DNA of 11,460 nt from Candidatus Iainarchaeum sp. (GTDB lineage: Archaea > Iainarchaeota > Iainarchaeia > Iainarchaeales > JAFCCW01): assembly GCA_017609985.1 (NCBI GenBank), contig JAFCCW010000022.1, positions 1-11,460 of the forward strand, given 5' to 3'. The position numbers were made by a program, and so were the translations under genes. This document shows positions 8,801 to 11,460 of the stretch, in pieces. The notes under the pieces are model-generated. The model searched no databases and was not told the DNA's origin. It saw only the letters and a program-made list of their open reading frames with translations. Numbering within the stretch: position 1 is the stretch's first letter; each line of letters opens with the position of its first letter.

Positions 8801-9393
8801 CCAGTTCCTTCAAGAATGTTATCAACATAAATTTTTTGAAATTCATTTCCTTTCTGCACTAAAGCAATATAATGCCAGCCTTTTGTTATTGGTGTTTCAG
8901 CGTAAAGATTTCCGTGAACAAAATTTCCATTAACATCAGTGGATGGTGCAGAACCAAAGACCCATTTAGGCTCTGGTTTGGTTCCGTCAAGCCACAAACC
9001 CCACCAGTTTCCCTTGTGCCTTGATTTTGCAAGAACTGTTTCCCAGTCATTAATTTTAGAAGTATCTGGTACAAAAACCCATAACAGAACAGTAAAGCTG
9101 TCTTTGTGAGAAAAAGCCAGATTTTCATCATGTTGGATAATGCCATAATCATCCTCAAATTTGTTAAAATACAAAGCTTCTTCAATATATCCTGGAACCC
9201 ATTCAGCTCCCTTAATGACTCCATCATGTTTGTTTAAACTAACATCCTTTAATTCAGTTCCCGACCAGTTGTCAAAATTCCAATAAGCAATAATTGAATC
9301 ATCATATTCCGCAAAAGCAATTCCAATAAAAAGCAATAAAGCCAAAGCTACAAGCGCAAAGCTATTTCTAAAACTAAATATTTTTTTCCCCAT
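5899..9393 (-). CDS. Gene B: secreted LamG-like jelly-roll domain surface protein, paralog of gene A (1164 aa)
   Basis: Long ORF with signal peptide MGKKIFSFRNSFALVALALLLFIGIAFA and GGGGA upstream of the ATG. Contains IIAYWNFDNWSG...FSGKIDETRIF (LamG-like), then module X, the DUF3344-like module and the C-terminal module shared with A and C. Confidence 0.93.
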   Translation of the reverse strand: MGKKIFSFRNSFALVALALLLFIGIAFAEYDDSIIAYWNFDNWSGTELKDVSLNKHDGVIKGAEWVPGYIEEALYFNKFEDDYGIIQHDENLAFSHKDSFTVLLWVFVPDTSKINDWETVLAKSRHKGNWWGLWLDGTKPEPKWVFGSAPSTDVNGNFVHGNLYAETPITKGWHYIALVQKGNEFQKIYVDNILEGTGIPRDANGVGNLFFGCASRGFDQSFSGKIDETRIFGKDLNFEEIVAVGVEEPTDWSARKYPAGFNCFYVPGSDFGEELEIDGNSITIKRRNNAIELLLPKADLKAYGRIEFEGAEIFSFDPEIKNFYSEDVFSENDGVEEQANEIYSDCNDDEVFWSFGNNKADFFLETCGNHDGGVIGVCYTGVCPKIRIIIDETNSETKNSISVGNREYESGEWIPLIEEELGMCNQDRNETEFHFECSKQDFVLNGVGLANSQPKLLEQFIPGNPKFSLFYWDLRGYQDNTAEIDGNEYIGQVIDYPEHGTYSYQLETTGLVSEGNNAFNIAGIGQGVNGGALFSLFDSSKTVNEVFVKGINNFFWYYSSDYPRHSETVSFEFEAFDQARTARVALVAGNTEAGERRENIWYLSGTSVPLGGIIGLGNIIASDQLTAADGPYYDTFEIFVEVPAGASVASFQIESPGYLARPDSILLTSVIFSLECFEPRTVKTVGEPKIECDYFGDESSWGNPPTCEQGYESFFNDCSCSYICVEEGNWPAPCDRECILLETKKADECWFVSGETEISMTVEGVWCNEEPVTYYRQRWKERIEDTWGEWSDWIIYEEPFSFSESSVHELEYYSVACDFEEEHLFEIDLVDWNAPVGEKIVGTPHIKWDGTDSIFYPEIEELCWNGQGNEMECWKITLDTPVTITCEDPEPHPVGEEKSCFRIEWDKDDITEVYCDENHYNGDFNVFEDGYCCVESKIELYFGEETEHNLKYYCVDALGNKGPVDDEKFKVEGKKFDIYLNKKWNLISSPVLPLDRNIEVVFSEISEKIDSVWTFDAFANEWFVFHPGSPETSNLGEIISGNGYWVAAFEDCVLSLGGSEFSPFLNKKLKAGWNMIGYFSKDGNSAYAGPNLNGDGKEAHCALLSLKSSQFDKGWTTLLTYWEKDNPNQWKSFEETDYMNPGAGYWISIPQNRTYTYSTNCGGT
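6473..6570 (-). repeat. Near-identical block shared by genes A, B and C (copy in B)
   Basis: Encodes [32 protein letters not shown] and contains the 44-bp identical core at 6509-6552. Confidence 0.93.
6711..6834 (-). repeat. 124-bp direct repeat shared by A and B (copy in B)
   Basis: Matches 1905-2028 and encodes [41 protein letters not shown]. Confidence 0.96.
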
Positions 9394-9417
9394 TTTCTAT
9401 TCCCCGTTGTTTGTTTC

Positions 9418-9470
9418 TTTCCTTTTCCAAAAAAAAAGAAAAAGGAAATGCGGTGGGTCCTAAGGACCCA
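9418..9470 (-). terminator. Putative terminator after gene C
   Basis: Minus strand shows the hairpin TGGGTCC-TTA-GGACCCA over the stop codon, then TTTCCTTTTTCTTTTTTTTT (T9 at 9429-9437). A second inverted repeat spans 9418-9426/9440-9448. Confidence 0.65.
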
Positions 9471-10419
9471 TCATTCCGCAAGTTGTAGTATAGTTGTAGA
9501 TTCCGTCCTGTGGCACTGACATCCAGTAACCTGTCCCTGGGAACATGTCGTCTCCTTCATTGAGCATCTCCCACTGGTTTGGATTGTTTGGTTCCCAGTA
9601 AGTGAACAGTGATGTGAACACTTTGTCCCATACATCCACTCCAAGTGAATAGAGTGAACAATAGGCTGGTTTTACATCCATTCCATAGTGTCCAATCAAG
9701 TTCCATCCTGATTTGATGTCCTTGCTTGGTGGAGTTGTAGCTGGACTAAACAAGCTTCCTCCGAGGAGTAGCGTGTCTTCCTCCAATGCTGCAAGCCAGT
9801 AACCCCAACCAGGCACAATCTCTTCGAGATTGCTTGTAGCTGGTGACCCTGGGTGGTATACATACCACTCGTCTGCTGCTGCATCGTATGTCCATACTGA
9901 ATCTACATTTTCTTCCACACTTTCGAAGACTTCTTCAGGGCTATCGTTCAAGAGAACGAAAGGCACTGAAATCAGGTTCCACTTCTTGTTGAGCTGTATT
10001 TCAAAGGTTGTTCCCTCGACTTTGAATTTTTCATCGTCTATGGGTCCCTTGTTTCCCAGTGCATCAACACAGTAGTATTTCAGGTTGTGCTCTGTCTCTT
10101 CCCCGAAGTAGAAGTCCTTTGTTGTGCTTTTAAGACAACAATAGCCGTCTTTGTTCACATTATAGTCTCCGTTGTATTGTTTGCAGTAATCAATGTCTCC
10201 TGCAGTAACATCTTCGCCATCCCACTCTACTTTAAAGCAGACATGGCTGTTATTCACTGGGTGGGGATCTGGATCTACACAATCCAATGTTATTGGAGTG
10301 AGCAAGGTTACTTTCCAGCAGTCTATTCCTCCGGATTCCCAACATTGTCCATTTACTTCTGGGTAAAAAATCCAGTTATAGTCGTCTGGATAGATTTTGT
10401 CGCTTGGATCTCCAACCAT
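9460..10419 (-). CDS. Gene C, 3' part: last Ig-like repeat plus WNLI/PG.GYW C-terminal domain (continuation of the 10353..11460 frame after a frameshift)
   Basis: The 319-aa ORF aligns along its length with the C-terminal ~320 aa of genes A and B ([55 protein letters not shown]). It has no signal peptide and its Met lies inside a repeat unit. Confidence 0.85.
   Translation of the reverse strand: MVGDPSDKIYPDDYNWIFYPEVNGQCWESGGIDCWKVTLLTPITLDCVDPDPHPVNNSHVCFKVEWDGEDVTAGDIDYCKQYNGDYNVNKDGYCCLKSTTKDFYFGEETEHNLKYYCVDALGNKGPIDDEKFKVEGTTFEIQLNKKWNLISVPFVLLNDSPEEVFESVEENVDSVWTYDAAADEWYVYHPGSPATSNLEEIVPGWGYWLAALEEDTLLLGGSLFSPATTPPSKDIKSGWNLIGHYGMDVKPAYCSLYSLGVDVWDKVFTSLFTYWEPNNPNQWEMLNEGDDMFPGTGYWMSVPQDGIYNYTTTCGMMGP
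10013..10101 (-). repeat. Near-identical block shared by genes A, B and C (copy in C)
   Basis: 1 mismatch to 1676-1764. The neighbouring 9958-9990 is identical (33 bp) to 1621-1653. Confidence 0.95.
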
Positions 10420-11460
10420 CTTGTTTGCGTAGGTCCTTCATTGTCCACATAAACACACTGCTTGTGCAGTGCTGTTTTTCCGACATTATCTACTGCTTCT
10501 ATTTCTATCAGGTGGCAGGAAGTTTTTCCAATAGTTACTGGTTCATGAATCACTGGAGCCCACTCACCGTCGCCAACTGCTTCTTCGTAGCAGAGTTCCT
10601 GGTCTTCACAGAATGCATCATCAACCAAGGTTATCCTGTAGTCAACTGTTGCTACCCCTGATGGGTGTGGATCTGGATCAAATGCACCCATCAATATGTT
10701 TGTTTCTGAATTTATCCATTCTGCGCCGCTTAGTATATTTGTTACTCCATTTATGTTTATATCATCTACGAAAGCGACTTTGTTCATCCATGCGCCTGAT
10801 CCTCCGATGACCAGTCTAATTACTTTAACTCTGTCTGTTGGTTCAACACGGCACTTTGCTGTAGACTGAATATCGCTCAAATAGTTCCATCCAAACTCTG
10901 CACAGAAACCATCTCCTGCGTTATTCGGTGTCCACCACTGTGAAATGCCTGTTGTATCTACTTCTTCCCAGCTCCCGGTACTTGGATTCATTCCATCCAT
11001 TGATATAAATGAATCGTCTCCCAAATCTGCTGGATTATGGCTGAAGTGCCATGGCTTGTCCTGGGCTTCATAAACACCGTCGCCGTCAGTGTCTATGCCT
11101 AATATTACGTTTACACCGTAGGTGTTGGATATTTTTTGCCAGAATGACAATTCTGTAATGTCCTCTAGTGCTATGTCTACTTCATACTCTACTGCAGCTA
11201 TATCGACTGCGCCGTTTGGAACATACAATCTAGCTGAATAAGGCGCACTATGATTCTCTATGTTAGACCATTCAGCTGTCCCGTTGCCTATGGTTTGGAA
11301 GGTTTCATTTACCGGGCTTCCAACATAAAACGGTCCTTCATATTCCTTTGTTATCTCAGGCGGTGTCTTGTCAACAAACACACATTGCCTGTTGATTTCT
11401 TCCTCGTTTCCGAGCTCGTCTATTCCATAGTACTCAATCACATGGCATGATTCTTCCATG
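10353..11460 (-). CDS. Gene C, upstream part (5'-truncated): Ig-like repeats with an inserted CBM-like jelly-roll domain
   Basis: Frame is open to the window edge. ESCHVIEYYGIDELGNEE..CVFVDKTPP and TSCHLIEIEAVDNVGK..CVYVDNEGP are homologous to [19 protein letters not shown] in gene A. The last ~25 codons (QTRWLEIQ...) are out-of-frame sequence. Confidence 0.85.
   Translation of the reverse strand, partial: MEESCHVIEYYGIDELGNEEEINRQCVFVDKTPPEITKEYEGPFYVGSPVNETFQTIGNGTAEWSNIENHSAPYSARLYVPNGAVDIAAVEYEVDIALEDITELSFWQKISNTYGVNVILGIDTDGDGVYEAQDKPWHFSHNPADLGDDSFISMDGMNPSTGSWEEVDTTGISQWWTPNNAGDGFCAEFGWNYLSDIQSTAKCRVEPTDRVKVIRLVIGGSGAWMNKVAFVDDININGVTNILSGAEWINSETNILMGAFDPDPHPSGVATVDYRITLVDDAFCEDQELCYEEAVGDGEWAPVIHEPVTIGKTSCHLIEIEAVDNVGKTALHKQCVYVDNEGPTQTRWLEIQATKSIQTTITGFFTQK

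Larger units (their letters stand above)
9460..11460 (-). pseudogene. Gene C as one gene interrupted by a single-base deletion near 10427 (real lesion or assembly error)
   Basis: Adding one base (e.g. ACG CCA AAC AAG ATG) gives VDNEGPTPNKMVGDP, which is colinear with [15 protein letters not shown] (A) and VDWNAPVGEKIVGTP (B). Confidence 0.6.

Noticed and set aside
1709-10089. CRISPR-like 30-44 bp exact repeats
   Set aside because: Copies are kilobases apart inside paralogous ORFs, with no repeat-spacer periodicity.
1621-10101. Diversity-generating retroelement (TR/VR pairs) suggested by ~100-bp near-identical repeats near gene 3' ends
   Set aside because: All copies are in-frame coding. The few mismatches are mostly synonymous transitions in both directions, not confined to adenines of one template. 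No reverse transcriptase or C-type lectin-like VR is present in the window.
10365-10437. Programmed -1 ribosomal frameshift in gene C
   Set aside because: There is no canonical X XXY YYZ heptamer at the homology-defined site. Shifting at the later A TTT TTT would replace the conserved K.VG.P segment with out-of-frame residues.
1169-11450. Remaining 60-165 aa ORFs nested in genes A, B and C, some similar to one another (e.g. 1547..1738 and 9830..10075; 1657..2148 and 6550..6909)
   Set aside because: Their similarity derives from the DNA repeats of the minus-strand genes. They have no recognisable motifs or independent start signals.
11457-11459. ATG at 11459 as the true start of gene C
   Set aside because: It lies at the window edge inside a repeat unit (equivalent to F.EES.H) and no signal peptide follows.

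Overview
All coding is on the minus strand: a co-oriented cluster of four acidic, Cys-rich cell-surface protein genes. The host is probably an archaeon of DPANN type (inferred from the TATA-box and GGAGGT-like motifs and the TG-motif/TM tail). In transcription order the genes are: gene C (5'-truncated at the window edge, split by a 1-nt frameshift near 10427), gene B (1164 aa), gene A (about 1581 aa) and gene D (1..1008, missing from the ORF track, single C-terminal TM helix). C, B and A carry different N-terminal cargo: LamG-like, thrombospondin type-3, DUF4114-like, DUF3344-like, a CBM-like jelly-roll, and an unrecognised ~150-aa module. All three end in the same module of Ig-like repeats plus a duplicated 'WNLI...G.GYW' domain, with no TM anchor. 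Patches of near-identical DNA between otherwise diverged paralogs, a duplicated promoter+RBS+signal-peptide cassette, and a variable insertion site in the Ig-like repeat suggest a recombination-shuffled modular surface-display locus. No RNA genes, CRISPR array, transposase or reverse transcriptase were seen.
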